A DNA stretch of 64,000 nt from Chthonomonadales bacterium (GTDB lineage: Bacteria; Armatimonadota; Chthonomonadetes; Chthonomonadales; CAJBBX01), in the NCBI GenBank assembly GCA_037443035.1, contig JBBIPC010000014.1, positions 15,415 through 79,414 on the forward strand. The letters run 5' to 3'. Below the pieces are notes generated by a model. It was not told the origin of the DNA, made no database searches, and saw only the letters and a program-made list of their open reading frames with translations. This document shows, piece by piece, positions 9,533 to 19,397 of this stretch; position 1 is the first letter of the stretch; every line of letters begins with the position of its first letter. The translations under genes and the position numbers were made by a program.

Positions 9533-10201
9533 ATGATCACGCACTGGGACAGAGCGCTGTTCCAGAGCATCAACAACGGCTTCGCATCGCCGGCGCTGGA
9601 TCTCATCATGCCGAGGATCACCGACCTCGGCCTCGGTCATGTTCAGGCGCTGCTATTGATCCTTGCGGCGGTCATTGCCGGAAGAAGGGGCGCGACACGT
9701 CAGAGACACGCCCTTGCGCGCGGAATCTGGGACAGGGTACTTCTGCAGAAGGCGTGGCTCGTACCATCTCTGCTTGCCATTGTGCTTGCGGGCACTGGGG
9801 TGCAGGCTCTCAAGCGCATACCGCGCCAGCGTCCGAGTTGGTTCTACACTCACGAGCACGTGGCGGGACGCTCCCTGGATGTTCACGTACATACCATCAA
9901 CGGGCGTCGTCCTCTGCGGGTCAACGGCTTCCCATCGGGACACACAGCGACGACCGCAGCAATCGCCATGGCGTTGGGGCTGACCTTGCCAGCGGCGCGC
10001 CTACGTCGCCGTGCAGCCGTCGCGATCGCCGCGATGACGCTCCTGATCGGACTGTCCCGCGTGTATATGGCAGACCATTGGCCACTGGACGTGCTCGGCG
10101 GCATCGGTGTGGGGGTCCTCAGCGGTTGGCTAGCCGCGCAGCTAACCTCACAGTGGTTCGCCATTCAACGCGAACACGCCGTGTCAGCCAGGTCCACCTG
10201 A
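9533..10201 (+). CDS. PAP2-family membrane phosphatase
   Basis: K..PRQRP, FPSGH and SRVYMADHWPLD catalytic motifs. Confidence 0.9.
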   Translation: MITHWDRALFQSINNGFASPALDLIMPRITDLGLGHVQALLLILAAVIAGRRGATRQRHALARGIWDRVLLQKAWLVPSLLAIVLAGTGVQALKRIPRQRPSWFYTHEHVAGRSLDVHVHTINGRRPLRVNGFPSGHTATTAAIAMALGLTLPAARLRRRAAVAIAAMTLLIGLSRVYMADHWPLDVLGGIGVGVLSGWLAAQLTSQWFAIQREHAVSARST

Positions 10202-10215
10202 AGCGGAGGTGCAGA

Positions 10216-10815
10216 ATGATCCGCCGTATCGTGGTGGGTATCACCGGCGCCAGTGGAGCGATCTACGGCGTCCGCATCGTGCGGATGCTAGAACCGTGGT
10301 TCGATGTCGTGTACCTGTGCATCTCCCACCATGGTCGCGAAGTCCTGGCAACGGAGCTCGGCCTGCAAGCCGACAATGCGGAAGCTCTCGTGCACGGGCT
10401 CCTCGGCCGTGAGTCGGACCGCATCGAAGTACTGGACCCAGACGACTATTTCACGCCGCCCGCCAGCGGGTCCGTACATCATGAGGGCATGGTCATTGCG
10501 CCATGCTCCATGGGAACGGCCGGTCGAATCGCCGGCGGTGTGTCCACCGATCTCATCACCCGCGCTGCGGACGTGTGCCTGAAGGAGCGTCGGCGGCTGG
10601 TTCTTGTCGTGCGCGAGACTCCGCTCAGTGTTGTCCACCTCCGGAACCTTACGGCTCTAGCAGAGGCAGGCGCCGTCATCATGCCCGCTTCGCCATCGTT
10701 CTACCATCATCCGCGCACCGTCGAAGAGATGGTGGATACCGTAGTGGCACGTGCGGCACGACACCTTGGAGTGGGGGATTCCGAGAGCCGGGAATGGCAG
10801 GTCGAACGCGAATGA
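10216..10815 (+). CDS. ubiX: Flavin prenyltransferase UbiX
   Basis: VVGITGASG, ASGS, APCSMGT, RAADVCLKERR..VVRETPL, PASPSFY. Confidence 0.95.
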   Translation: MIRRIVVGITGASGAIYGVRIVRMLEPWFDVVYLCISHHGREVLATELGLQADNAEALVHGLLGRESDRIEVLDPDDYFTPPASGSVHHEGMVIAPCSMGTAGRIAGGVSTDLITRAADVCLKERRRLVLVVRETPLSVVHLRNLTALAEAGAVIMPASPSFYHHPRTVEEMVDTVVARAARHLGVGDSESREWQVERE

Positions 10816-10846
10816 CCAGTGCAGCCTCTCGCAGAGCACGCTAGAC

Positions 10847-11731
10847 ATGGTACGCATAGGCCGTGCATGGCATGCTCTGCGGACGTATGCGGCGCTAGTT
10901 CGGTTTGAACACACGATCTTCGCACTGCCGTTCGCGATAATCGGGGCCGTGCTTGCCGGACGCTCGCTGGGACTGCCGCATGGTCTTCCGTCGCTACGCG
11001 CCCTGGGCTGGATCCTGATCGCCATGGTGAGCGCACGGACGGCAGCCATGGCGTTCAACCGGATCGTAGACGCCGACTACGACGCTCGGAATCCGCGCAC
11101 ATGGAAGCGAGAGATACCTACCGGCGCAGTAAAGAAGTGGCAGGCGGGAGTGCTCACTGTGGTAGCGGCCGTCCTCCTCCTCATCGCCGCCGGCAACCTC
11201 AACCAGCTCTGCCTACGTCTGGCTCCCTTGGCACTGGTGGCCCTTACCGGATACTCCTACACCAAGCGAGTGACACAATGGACCCATCTGGCACTGGGGG
11301 GTGCCATCGGTATTGCGCCGGTTGGCGCATGGCTGGGCGTCACCGGAAGCTTCGGCTGGACACCCATTCTTCTTTGGGCGGCGGTGGCCTTATGGATCGG
11401 AGGTTTCGACATCATCTACGCCCTTCAGGATATCCAGGTAGACCGGCAGCTAGGCCTGTTCTCTCTCCCTGCCCGCATGGGTCCGGCACTGGCGTTACGA
11501 GTAGCGCGGATTCTCCACGCAGTGATGTTGGCCCTGCTGGGGTCTGTTGGTGTGATGGCCTCACTCGGTGCGTGGTACTACGCAGGACTGCTACTCTGTG
11601 CAGTGTTTCTCGGCTATGAGCACAGTATTGTTCGGCCGGATGACTTCAGCCGCGTGGACACGGCATTCTTCACGGTCAACGGGTGGGTATCCGTCATTCT
11701 CTGTGGCACTACGATTCTGGACGTCTGGTAG
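10847..11731 (+). CDS. UbiA-family prenyltransferase (MqnP-type)
   Basis: RFEHTIFALPF, MAFNRIVDADYDARNPRT..REIP, YSYTKR, GFDIIYALQD. Confidence 0.92.
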   Translation: MVRIGRAWHALRTYAALVRFEHTIFALPFAIIGAVLAGRSLGLPHGLPSLRALGWILIAMVSARTAAMAFNRIVDADYDARNPRTWKREIPTGAVKKWQAGVLTVVAAVLLLIAAGNLNQLCLRLAPLALVALTGYSYTKRVTQWTHLALGGAIGIAPVGAWLGVTGSFGWTPILLWAAVALWIGGFDIIYALQDIQVDRQLGLFSLPARMGPALALRVARILHAVMLALLGSVGVMASLGAWYYAGLLLCAVFLGYEHSIVRPDDFSRVDTAFFTVNGWVSVILCGTTILDVW

Positions 11732-11780
11732 ATGCAGGAACCGGCTTACCGGAAACCGAACTTTCTTATGGTATCCTGTC

Positions 11781-12575
11781 ATGAATAAGAGCGTGTTGCG
11801 AATCGGCTGTGTGCCGTATCTCAACGGGCGACCGCTGGTGGTGCATCTCGAACAACCGCACGCCAGTTCCGATATCGAGCTTACGGCGGCGGTGCCGTCG
11901 CGTCTTGCCGAGTTGCTCGACGGTGGTGCGCTGGACGTCGCTCTGCTGTCCAGCATCGAGGCGTTTCGTCAACCCGGTAGGGCAGTGGTAGACGGTGTTG
12001 CTATCAGTGCCGATGGTCCGATCCGGAGCGTGCGGATTCTGTCCGACGTACCACCTGAGAGAATCGCGGAACTCGCCGTTGACAATGGGTCGTTGACCTC
12101 CGTAGCCCTGGCAAGTATCGTGCTAGCCGAGCGTTATGGTGTCCGTCCCGCGATCCGGCGTATGGAGCCGAATGTGCCGATCATGCTACGGTCGTGCGGA
12201 GCGGCACTCGTGATTGGCGACGTAGCCATGAGGCCGTACCGGTCAGAATGGACGCTGGACCTGGGCCAGGAATGGAAGGTGCTGACAGGTCTGCCCTTCG
12301 TCTATGCTATGTGGATTGCACGGAACGAGAGCGTAGCTGAGGAGGCGGGAGAGCTGTTGCGGACTGCCAGAGACGAGGGGCAGAAGCGGCTCCGCGAGAT
12401 TGCGCGTGAGTGGGCCAAGCGAACCAGGACACCGGAGCCGCTGGCAGAGGAGTACCTACTGCGCATCGTCCAGTATGACCTGGACGATCGAAAGAAGGCA
12501 GCGCTCGAGGCCTTTCGGGAACATTCCCGGGCGCATAGCGTCGGTGAGAAGGTGCATCCGATACGTTATTGTTGA
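11781..12575 (+). CDS. mqnA: Chorismate dehydratase (futalosine pathway)
   Basis: IGCVPYLNGRPL, LLSSIE, SLTSVAL, LVIGD, DLGQEWK..TGLPFVYAMW. Confidence 0.9.
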   Translation: MNKSVLRIGCVPYLNGRPLVVHLEQPHASSDIELTAAVPSRLAELLDGGALDVALLSSIEAFRQPGRAVVDGVAISADGPIRSVRILSDVPPERIAELAVDNGSLTSVALASIVLAERYGVRPAIRRMEPNVPIMLRSCGAALVIGDVAMRPYRSEWTLDLGQEWKVLTGLPFVYAMWIARNESVAEEAGELLRTARDEGQKRLREIAREWAKRTRTPEPLAEEYLLRIVQYDLDDRKKAALEAFREHSRAHSVGEKVHPIRYC

Positions 12576-12645
12576 TTGGCCGTGATCATGGGCCGAACAG
12601 AGGAGTTGCGTAGGTGGGAGTTGTAGGGGAGAAGGTAGCAGAAAG

Positions 12646-13116
12646 ATGAGCGGTAGCCAGGTAGAGATCCTCATTGTGGAGGACGATCCCGCCGATCTCG
12701 AGCTAACCCTGCGTGCACTCAAGCGGCACAACCTGGTGAACGAGGTTCGTGTGGCACGCGACGGCGTGGAAGCCATCCACGCATTGCTCGGCGACGACGA
12801 GAACACACCCGTAGACCCGCCACCGAGGGTGGTTCTGCTCGACCTCAAACTCCCGCGCCTCTCCGGGCTGGACGTCTTGCGCCGCATCAAGAGCGACCCA
12901 CGCACGCGCCGCATCCCCGTCGTCATGCTGACATCCTCACAGGACGACCGTGACATCGCCGCTTGCTACGAGGCTGGGGCAAACAGCTACATCGTGAAAC
13001 CGATTCGGTTCGAACACCTTGTAGAGGCTATGCGCGTCGTCGGCCTGTACTGGACAGTTGTGGCGTCGCCACCTTACATCCCACCAACCACACAGAGCAC
13101 CCCCGGCGGCCCATAG
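12646..13116 (+). CDS. Single-domain response regulator (Rcp1-like)
   Basis: ILIVEDD, LLDLKLP, IPVVMLTSS..D..CY..GANSYIVKP. Confidence 0.9.
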   Translation: MSGSQVEILIVEDDPADLELTLRALKRHNLVNEVRVARDGVEAIHALLGDDENTPVDPPPRVVLLDLKLPRLSGLDVLRRIKSDPRTRRIPVVMLTSSQDDRDIAACYEAGANSYIVKPIRFEHLVEAMRVVGLYWTVVASPPYIPPTTQSTPGGP

Positions 13117-13119
13117 CCC

Positions 13120-14328
13120 ATGCTTCTGGACGACATCTCCGCTAACCCGCTCCGAGAACGTGTCCGGGAGATTGTGCCTGCGATCGTCGAACTTCGGCAC
13201 TACCTTCATCAGCATCCGGAGCTGAGCGACTGCGAAGTCCAGACGGCGGCGCTGGTGGCGGAGAAGCTCCGGTGCTTGGGCCTGCAGCCTCGAACCGATG
13301 TCGGCGGACACGGCGTCCTCGCCGATATCACGCCGGAGAAACCTGCGCCGCTCCTCGCGTTGCGCGCTGACATGGATGCGCTGCCCATCCAAGAGGAAGC
13401 TGACCTGCCCTACCGTTCGGCGAATGACGGGGTCATGCACGCGTGCGGTCACGACGGCCATACGGCGATGCTGCTGGGAGTTGCGGAATTGCTGGTCGGG
13501 ATGCGGGACAGACTGCCCGTGGCCGTACGCTTGATCTTCCAGCCGGCTGAAGAGACTGTCGGTGGTGCTGCGCGCATGTGTCAGGCGGGTGCCATGGAGG
13601 GCGTGCATGCCATCGTGGCGCTCCATGGGTGGGTTCACCTGCCGCTCGGGCATGTGGGCGTCGGCGTGGGACCGGTCATGGCCGCTGCGGACACTTTCGA
13701 CATCAACGTGCTGGGACGCGGAGCGCATGCTGCATACCCTCATCTTTCTGCTGACCCTATCGTCGCGGCGTCACAGATCGTTCTGGCGCTCCAGACGACG
13801 ATCAGTCGCGAAACGGATCCCTTGGAGCCTGCCGTGCTGACGGTGGCGCGCATGCATGCCGGTACGGCCTACAACATCATTCCAGCGGAGGCACACCTGG
13901 CCGGTACGGTGCGAACCCTGACCTCTGCGTCGCGCGACCGCATGGAGAAAACCGTGCATCGTATCGCGACCAGTGTAGCAGCAGGTGCTGGTTGCCAATG
14001 CAAGGTGATCTACAGGCGCGGTGCCCCACCCGTTGTAAATGACGAGGAAGTCGTCCGGCTCGTCCACGCTGCAGCGCTCCAGACAGTGGGCGCAGAACGG
14101 AGCCACCAGCTCGTACAGCCTTCCATGGGAGCCGAGGATTTCGCTTATTACCTCCAGCACGCACCGGGCGCCATGTTCCGCCTGGGGTTGGGCGACGGTG
14201 CACCTGGCCACACGTCAACTTTCAACTTCAATGACGAGGCTATACCCGTCGGGATGGAGGTCCTCTGTCGCATCTGCCTGAGCGGTCTTCCGGCACCTAA
14301 TACCGCCACAGTGGATCGCCCTACCTAG
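13120..14328 (+). CDS. M20 amidohydrolase (AbgB/hippurate hydrolase-like)
   Basis: LHQHPELS, LRADMDALP, MHACGHDGH, FQPAEE, MGAEDF. Confidence 0.93.
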   Translation: MLLDDISANPLRERVREIVPAIVELRHYLHQHPELSDCEVQTAALVAEKLRCLGLQPRTDVGGHGVLADITPEKPAPLLALRADMDALPIQEEADLPYRSANDGVMHACGHDGHTAMLLGVAELLVGMRDRLPVAVRLIFQPAEETVGGAARMCQAGAMEGVHAIVALHGWVHLPLGHVGVGVGPVMAAADTFDINVLGRGAHAAYPHLSADPIVAASQIVLALQTTISRETDPLEPAVLTVARMHAGTAYNIIPAEAHLAGTVRTLTSASRDRMEKTVHRIATSVAAGAGCQCKVIYRRGAPPVVNDEEVVRLVHAAALQTVGAERSHQLVQPSMGAEDFAYYLQHAPGAMFRLGLGDGAPGHTSTFNFNDEAIPVGMEVLCRICLSGLPAPNTATVDRPT

Positions 14329-14330
14329 CC

Positions 14331-15197
14331 GTGACAGCAGAGTTCGGAGGACTGCTGGAACCTCTGAGCGTCATCCGGGCCATCGAGGACAACCTCGTGG
14401 AGTGGTACAGACTCCTCGTGCGGCTGCTTCCGGGTGCCGAGATCATCGAGGAGCCGGACATGGTTCGAACGGTAGTGCCGATCGACCATCCGGTGTTCAA
14501 CGCAATACTCCAGGCTCGGTTCGCTCACGGCACAACGGCCAAGCGCATCGCTGATGCTGTGGAGCCTCTGCGTCAGCGGGAGCTGCCAGGGATGTGGTGG
14601 GTCGGGCCATCCACTCACCCAATTGACCTCGCAGCGCGCCTGCCAGCCTTCGGCTTTCTTCCGACCGATACGCTCGTGGGAATGGCCATGGACCTGCACC
14701 AAGCGGCCTGGAAGAAGGTCGTACCGACCGTCTCTCTCGAGCAGACCGTGACGGAGGCAACCAGCGCCAGCGAACTGCTCGCGTGGTCGCTTCCCTTTTC
14801 GGACGGCTTCGGGATGCGATCGGGCACTCTGGCGGCCCTTGCTCCGGTGGCGTCGGTCGTTCCATCCGAAGCGGAGCGTCGTGTTGCCGGCGACGCACAA
14901 CGGCGCCCGCACATGCGTTTCTTCCTGGGGCGTGTGGGGAACGAGCCCGTTGCCTCGGCGATGCTGTTCGTCGGCGCTGGTGTGGCTGGCCTCTACGGAG
15001 TGGCAACGGTTTCGCAGCATCGCAACCGTGGGCATGCTACGGCGCTGATACGGGCCGTACTGGATGTTGCCAGCAGCGAGGGTATCCGCACATGCATCCT
15101 CCATGCGACGCCCATGGCTGTGTCTGTGTACCGACGGCTGGGTTTTGTGGAATACTGCCGCCTTAGAACACTCACCTGGCAGCCTCGCGACACATGA
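14331..15197 (+). CDS. GNAT-family N-acetyltransferase
   Basis: C-terminal GLYGVAT..HRNRGHA and LHAT..A..VYRRLGF motifs. Confidence 0.85.
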   Translation: MTAEFGGLLEPLSVIRAIEDNLVEWYRLLVRLLPGAEIIEEPDMVRTVVPIDHPVFNAILQARFAHGTTAKRIADAVEPLRQRELPGMWWVGPSTHPIDLAARLPAFGFLPTDTLVGMAMDLHQAAWKKVVPTVSLEQTVTEATSASELLAWSLPFSDGFGMRSGTLAALAPVASVVPSEAERRVAGDAQRRPHMRFFLGRVGNEPVASAMLFVGAGVAGLYGVATVSQHRNRGHATALIRAVLDVASSEGIRTCILHATPMAVSVYRRLGFVEYCRLRTLTWQPRDT

Positions 15198-15260
15198 CGG
15201 CCAGCGAGAGGATCTTCCCGTACCCATCTGTGGTCGGGCAGCAATCAGGGAACACAACAC

Positions 15261-16415
15261 ATGGCTGAGGAAATGCCAGCCGGCCAGACTGAGGGCTCGG
15301 TCGGTATCGTCGAGCGGCGCTATTACACGTTCGGCTCCGCCGCTGAGCCGTTCGTCCTGGAGAACGGCGCGACGCTCGATGAGGTCACAACCTGTTACGA
15401 GATGTACGGTGAGCTGAACGCCGCAGGTGACAACGTGATTCTCATCGAACACGGGCTGACAGGCAGCTCCCACGCGGCAGGGAAGTTCAAGCCGGACAGT
15501 CCCTATGCCGGGTATTGGGATCAGATCATCGGCAGCGGGCGCGCTCTGGATACCGACCGCTATTGCATCATCGCCCCTAACGCTCTCGGCGGATGCAGAG
15601 GTACGACGGGCCCGTCGTCGACGAACCCACGCACAAGCAGACCGTACGGTTCGTCCTTTCCAACGATAACCATTCGGGATATGGTGCGCGCCCAGCGGCC
15701 TCTGCTCGAGCATCTGGGTGTTCGGCGTTTGAAGCTCGTCATCGGTGCGTCCATGGGCGGCATGCAGGCGTACGAGTGGGCAGTGACGTTTCCCGAGATG
15801 GTGGACGCTATCTGTCCGGTCGGTTCCAGCCCTCGCCAGTCCGCCATGGCCATCGCCTTCAATCACTGCATGCGGCGGGCCATTTTCACCGATCCGTGCT
15901 GGCAAGGAGGCGACTACTACGACACTGAAGGGCCCCGGGCAGGGTTAGCCGTGGCACGGATGATCGGTCACATCACCTATCTGTGCGAGGGCGTATTCGA
16001 ACAGAAGTTTGGGCTGCGTGCCACCCGCCCCTATCCACATCCGGAACCGCCGAACTATGCCCGTTTCGAAGTGGAGGAGTACTTGGACGAGGAAGGCCGG
16101 AAGCTGGTTCATCGCTTCGACGCTAACAGCTACGTCTGCGTTAGCAGGGCCATTGACCTCCACGATATCAGCCGCGGTTACGCCAGCATGGAGGCGGCGT
16201 ACCGACGCATCCGTGCCAAGTGTCTCCTCATCGGTATCCGCTCCGACTTCCTCTTCCCTCCTGCAAGCATTCTTCAGACACTTAGGGAGCTCCAAGCAGC
16301 AGGAGTCGATGCACGCTACTGGGAAATGGATTCCGACTACGGTCACGATGCGTTCCTGGAAGAGCAGACGAAACTGACGGAACCGCTGCGGCAGTTTCTC
16401 ATGGAACTCACCTGA
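15261..16415 (+). CDS. metX: Homoserine O-acyltransferase
   Basis: HGLTGSSHAAG, GGCRGTTGPSS, GASMGGMQ, RFDANSY, YGHDAFL. Confidence 0.93.
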   Translation: MAEEMPAGQTEGSVGIVERRYYTFGSAAEPFVLENGATLDEVTTCYEMYGELNAAGDNVILIEHGLTGSSHAAGKFKPDSPYAGYWDQIIGSGRALDTDRYCIIAPNALGGCRGTTGPSSTNPRTSRPYGSSFPTITIRDMVRAQRPLLEHLGVRRLKLVIGASMGGMQAYEWAVTFPEMVDAICPVGSSPRQSAMAIAFNHCMRRAIFTDPCWQGGDYYDTEGPRAGLAVARMIGHITYLCEGVFEQKFGLRATRPYPHPEPPNYARFEVEEYLDEEGRKLVHRFDANSYVCVSRAIDLHDISRGYASMEAAYRRIRAKCLLIGIRSDFLFPPASILQTLRELQAAGVDARYWEMDSDYGHDAFLEEQTKLTEPLRQFLMELT

Positions 16416-16459
16416 CGCGGGCGGAGGGGGAGGAGCCTGGATTCGCGAGGGGGTGTGAG

Positions 16460-17230
16460 TTGGCTCTCGACAACAAGAATGTGCTGGCGCTCATGCCGCA
16501 TCCAGATGACATGGAGATCCTGTGTGCGGGCACGCTCCTGTTGCTGGCCAGAGCCGGCTGCAGGATCTACGTGATGACCATGACGGCCGGTGACCAGGGA
16601 TCTCCTGACAGGCCCAGGGAGGAGATCGCGGCAATCCGACGTGAAGAAGCGAAGCGTGGCGCGGCAACCATCGGTGCGACCTACGAGTGCCTCGGCTTCG
16701 ACGATGTTCGGATTGTCTTCGACAACCCCTCGAGGGAGCGCGTCATTGCAGCCGTTCGGCGCGCGAATCCCTTCCTTGTCATCACCACCTCACCCGATGA
16801 CTACATGTACGATCACATCATCACCTCGCAGCTCGTTCGGGATGCGACATTCACAGCGCCCATGCCGAACTACGCAACTGCTGGCAATGAATCCCCCATA
16901 GCGACGGTGCCCTATCTCTATTATGCGGATCCTATCGGGGGGGAAGACATGTTCGGCAATGCGGTGCGCCCAACGACGGTCATCGCCGTTTCTGAGGTAA
17001 TGGATACGAAACGCAAGGCGTTGGCCTGCCACGAGAGCCAGCGTACTTGGCTTCGCGCTCAACACGGCATGGATGATTACATCCAGACAATGGAGCGCTG
17101 GAACGCCAATCGGGGTCGCGACATAGGTGTGGCCTATGCCGAAGGGTTTCGCCAGCACCGTGGGCACCCGTATCCGTCGGATGACGTCCTGCTACGCCTG
17201 ACGCTCGGCATGGTAAGCGCGCCCGAATAG
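16460..17230 (+). CDS. PIG-L family deacetylase
   Basis: PHPDDME..CAGT, RREEA, DYMYDH, ACHESQ. Confidence 0.9.
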   Translation: MALDNKNVLALMPHPDDMEILCAGTLLLLARAGCRIYVMTMTAGDQGSPDRPREEIAAIRREEAKRGAATIGATYECLGFDDVRIVFDNPSRERVIAAVRRANPFLVITTSPDDYMYDHIITSQLVRDATFTAPMPNYATAGNESPIATVPYLYYADPIGGEDMFGNAVRPTTVIAVSEVMDTKRKALACHESQRTWLRAQHGMDDYIQTMERWNANRGRDIGVAYAEGFRQHRGHPYPSDDVLLRLTLGMVSAPE

Positions 17231-17253
17231 CATAAGCAGAAGGAGGTTCCGAC

Positions 17254-18183
17254 ATGGCACGACCTCTCAGCAAGATAGCTCCGGACTGGTGGGATTACAC
17301 CACTCTGGACCCGGAGTTGCTCAGCGATGCGGCCAAGCTGACCGTAGAAGATGTCGAGCAACTCAGCCGCCCCGGATTCACGGTCACCATGTACGACACG
17401 CTGGAGGAGTTCTACTTGGCGGAGGCATTGGAGTACATCCACGCCTGGCGGCAAGCGACCCCCGACAACCCCGCCGGCATCTGTGGGCCCATTGGACCCA
17501 CGGAGCAACTCCCGCTGGTGGCCCAGATCGTCAACGCCCTGGATCTGAAGCTCCATGACGCTCACTTCTGGGGCATGGACGAGTGGTACATGCATGGCAA
17601 GGAGGTCCCAACGGATCATCCCCTCTCGTTCGAGCGTGCCGACCGCGAGTTGTGCTTCAGCCGTATCCGTCCAGAACTCGTCATGCCGGACTCTAACTTG
17701 CACTTCCCGAAAGCAGACCCCACCGAATACGAGCGGTCGTGGGGAGGTGTCCGGTGTGTCATCATGCAGGGCGGGCAGGGAGAGGTCAAGCACTGGGCCT
17801 TCAACGATCCGCCACGGAGGCAAGGTCCATACCGCGACGCACCGCCGACACCGGACGAGTACAGAAAGCTGGGCACACGCGTTGTGGAGCTGCATCCACT
17901 GACGCTAATCCAGAACGCACGGACCTCGGGCGGCGGCCAACTTGCACTCGTGCCAACGCACGCTATCTCCGTGGGACCGAAGCAGACATGGATGGCGGAG
18001 TGCGTGTCCATCTGGCATGCCGGCAACCATGACAACCCGTTCGGACAGCGCCTGACTGCCCTGATGATCTCCAAGCGTATCGCCGATGCCTCTGTGCCCA
18101 TGTCCCTCCTGGCCGATCACCCCAACGTGCGATTCAACTACTATCGTTTCGGCCTGGGAACATGCGAAACGGAGATGCACTGA
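17254..18183 (+). CDS. Glucosamine-6-phosphate isomerase/deaminase-like protein (divergent NagB fold)
   Basis: [26 protein letters not shown]; follows a PIG-L deacetylase. Confidence 0.7.
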   Translation: MARPLSKIAPDWWDYTTLDPELLSDAAKLTVEDVEQLSRPGFTVTMYDTLEEFYLAEALEYIHAWRQATPDNPAGICGPIGPTEQLPLVAQIVNALDLKLHDAHFWGMDEWYMHGKEVPTDHPLSFERADRELCFSRIRPELVMPDSNLHFPKADPTEYERSWGGVRCVIMQGGQGEVKHWAFNDPPRRQGPYRDAPPTPDEYRKLGTRVVELHPLTLIQNARTSGGGQLALVPTHAISVGPKQTWMAECVSIWHAGNHDNPFGQRLTALMISKRIADASVPMSLLADHPNVRFNYYRFGLGTCETEMH

Positions 18184-18241
18184 GAGGGATGCCGCGCCAC
18201 AGGGCTGGAAGCCCACGGAAGGGCGGGAGGTCGCTGGCTGC

Positions 18242-19000
18242 ATGAGTGGAGAGGAAAGACCACTGCGCGGACAGGTAGCGCTCGTGACGGGAGGAGCCAG
18301 ACGTCTCGGTAGGGCCGTCGCAGAGGCTCTGGCTCAAGAAGGTGTCCATGTGGTCGTCCATTACAAGACGTCCGGTGACGAGGCGCGTGAGGCAGTAGCG
18401 CGCCTGCGGGATCGCGGCGTAGAAGCATGGGCCGTTCGGGGGCACCTCGAGGACCCAGAAGAGGCGGCCGGACTGTTGCCACGCGCGGTGGAGCTTTGCG
18501 GCAGACCCGTGGACATCCTCATCAACTCCGCAAGCATCTTCGAAACGAGCCGGGTCCTGGAGTTCGAACCTGAGGAGCTGGAAAGGAACGTGCGGGTCAA
18601 TGCACTGGCGCCGCTATTGCTGGCCCGCTCGTTAGCGGCACAACAGCGGCCGGGTCAGATCATCAACTTTCTGGACACGCGGGTGGTCGAGTACGACCGG
18701 CTTCACGCGGCCTACCACCTGAGCAAACGCATGTTGTTCTCGTTGACGCGCATGCTGGCGTTGGAGCTGGCGCCAGCCATCCGGGTGAATGCCGTGGCGC
18801 CTGGTCTCATCTTGCCGCCTCCAGACCGCGACGAAGCATATCTCGATGCGCTCGCTCGCAGTCTGCCTCTGCGCCGGCATGGCGTAACCGCGGACGTCGT
18901 TCGCGCAGTGCTGTTCCTGCTGCACAGTGACTTCGTCACTGGGCAGATCCTCTATCTCGATGGCGGCCAGCACCTCATGGGGAGCATGTATGGAGCCTAG
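18242..19000 (+). CDS. SDR oxidoreductase, pteridine reductase/FolM-like
   Basis: VTGGARRLG, INSASIF, YHLSK, VNAVAPG; overlaps folB. Confidence 0.85.
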   Translation: MSGEERPLRGQVALVTGGARRLGRAVAEALAQEGVHVVVHYKTSGDEAREAVARLRDRGVEAWAVRGHLEDPEEAAGLLPRAVELCGRPVDILINSASIFETSRVLEFEPEELERNVRVNALAPLLLARSLAAQQRPGQIINFLDTRVVEYDRLHAAYHLSKRMLFSLTRMLALELAPAIRVNAVAPGLILPPPDRDEAYLDALARSLPLRRHGVTADVVRAVLFLLHSDFVTGQILYLDGGQHLMGSMYGA

Positions 19001-19361
19001 GCATCTGGACCGCATTCACATCGGCGACCTCCTTGTGCGTTCCATCATCGGCATTCGTGACTGGGAGCGATCCGAGCGGCAGAATGTCATCCTGAATATC
19101 ACCCTTCATGCCGACTTGAGCCTGCCATGCCACACCGACGACATCCGGGACACGGTGGACTATGTCACGATCAAGAAGCGCATAGTGGAGCGCGTGGAGG
19201 ACGGCTCCTTCTACCTGTTAGAGAGGCTTGCGGAAGTGGTGGCAGAAGCCTGTCTGGAGGATCCACGTGTCGAGCGCGTGGACGTGCGCGCCGACAAGCC
19301 GGGTGCGCTACGCTTCGCTCGGACGGTGGCGGTGGAGATCACGCGTCACCGACAGCAGTAG
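18990..19361 (+). CDS. folB: Dihydroneopterin aldolase
   Basis: IIGIRDWER..RQ, TVDY, LLERLAE, KPGAL. Confidence 0.92.
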   Translation: MEPRHLDRIHIGDLLVRSIIGIRDWERSERQNVILNITLHADLSLPCHTDDIRDTVDYVTIKKRIVERVEDGSFYLLERLAEVVAEACLEDPRVERVDVRADKPGALRFARTVAVEITRHRQQ

Positions 19362-19397
19362 GCCGGCCGCCGTCACCTTGACGAAGGCGTCTGCGCT

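Noticed and set aside
15198-15260. SAM or SAH riboswitch before metX
   Set aside because: Only about 60 nt, with no recognisable aptamer core
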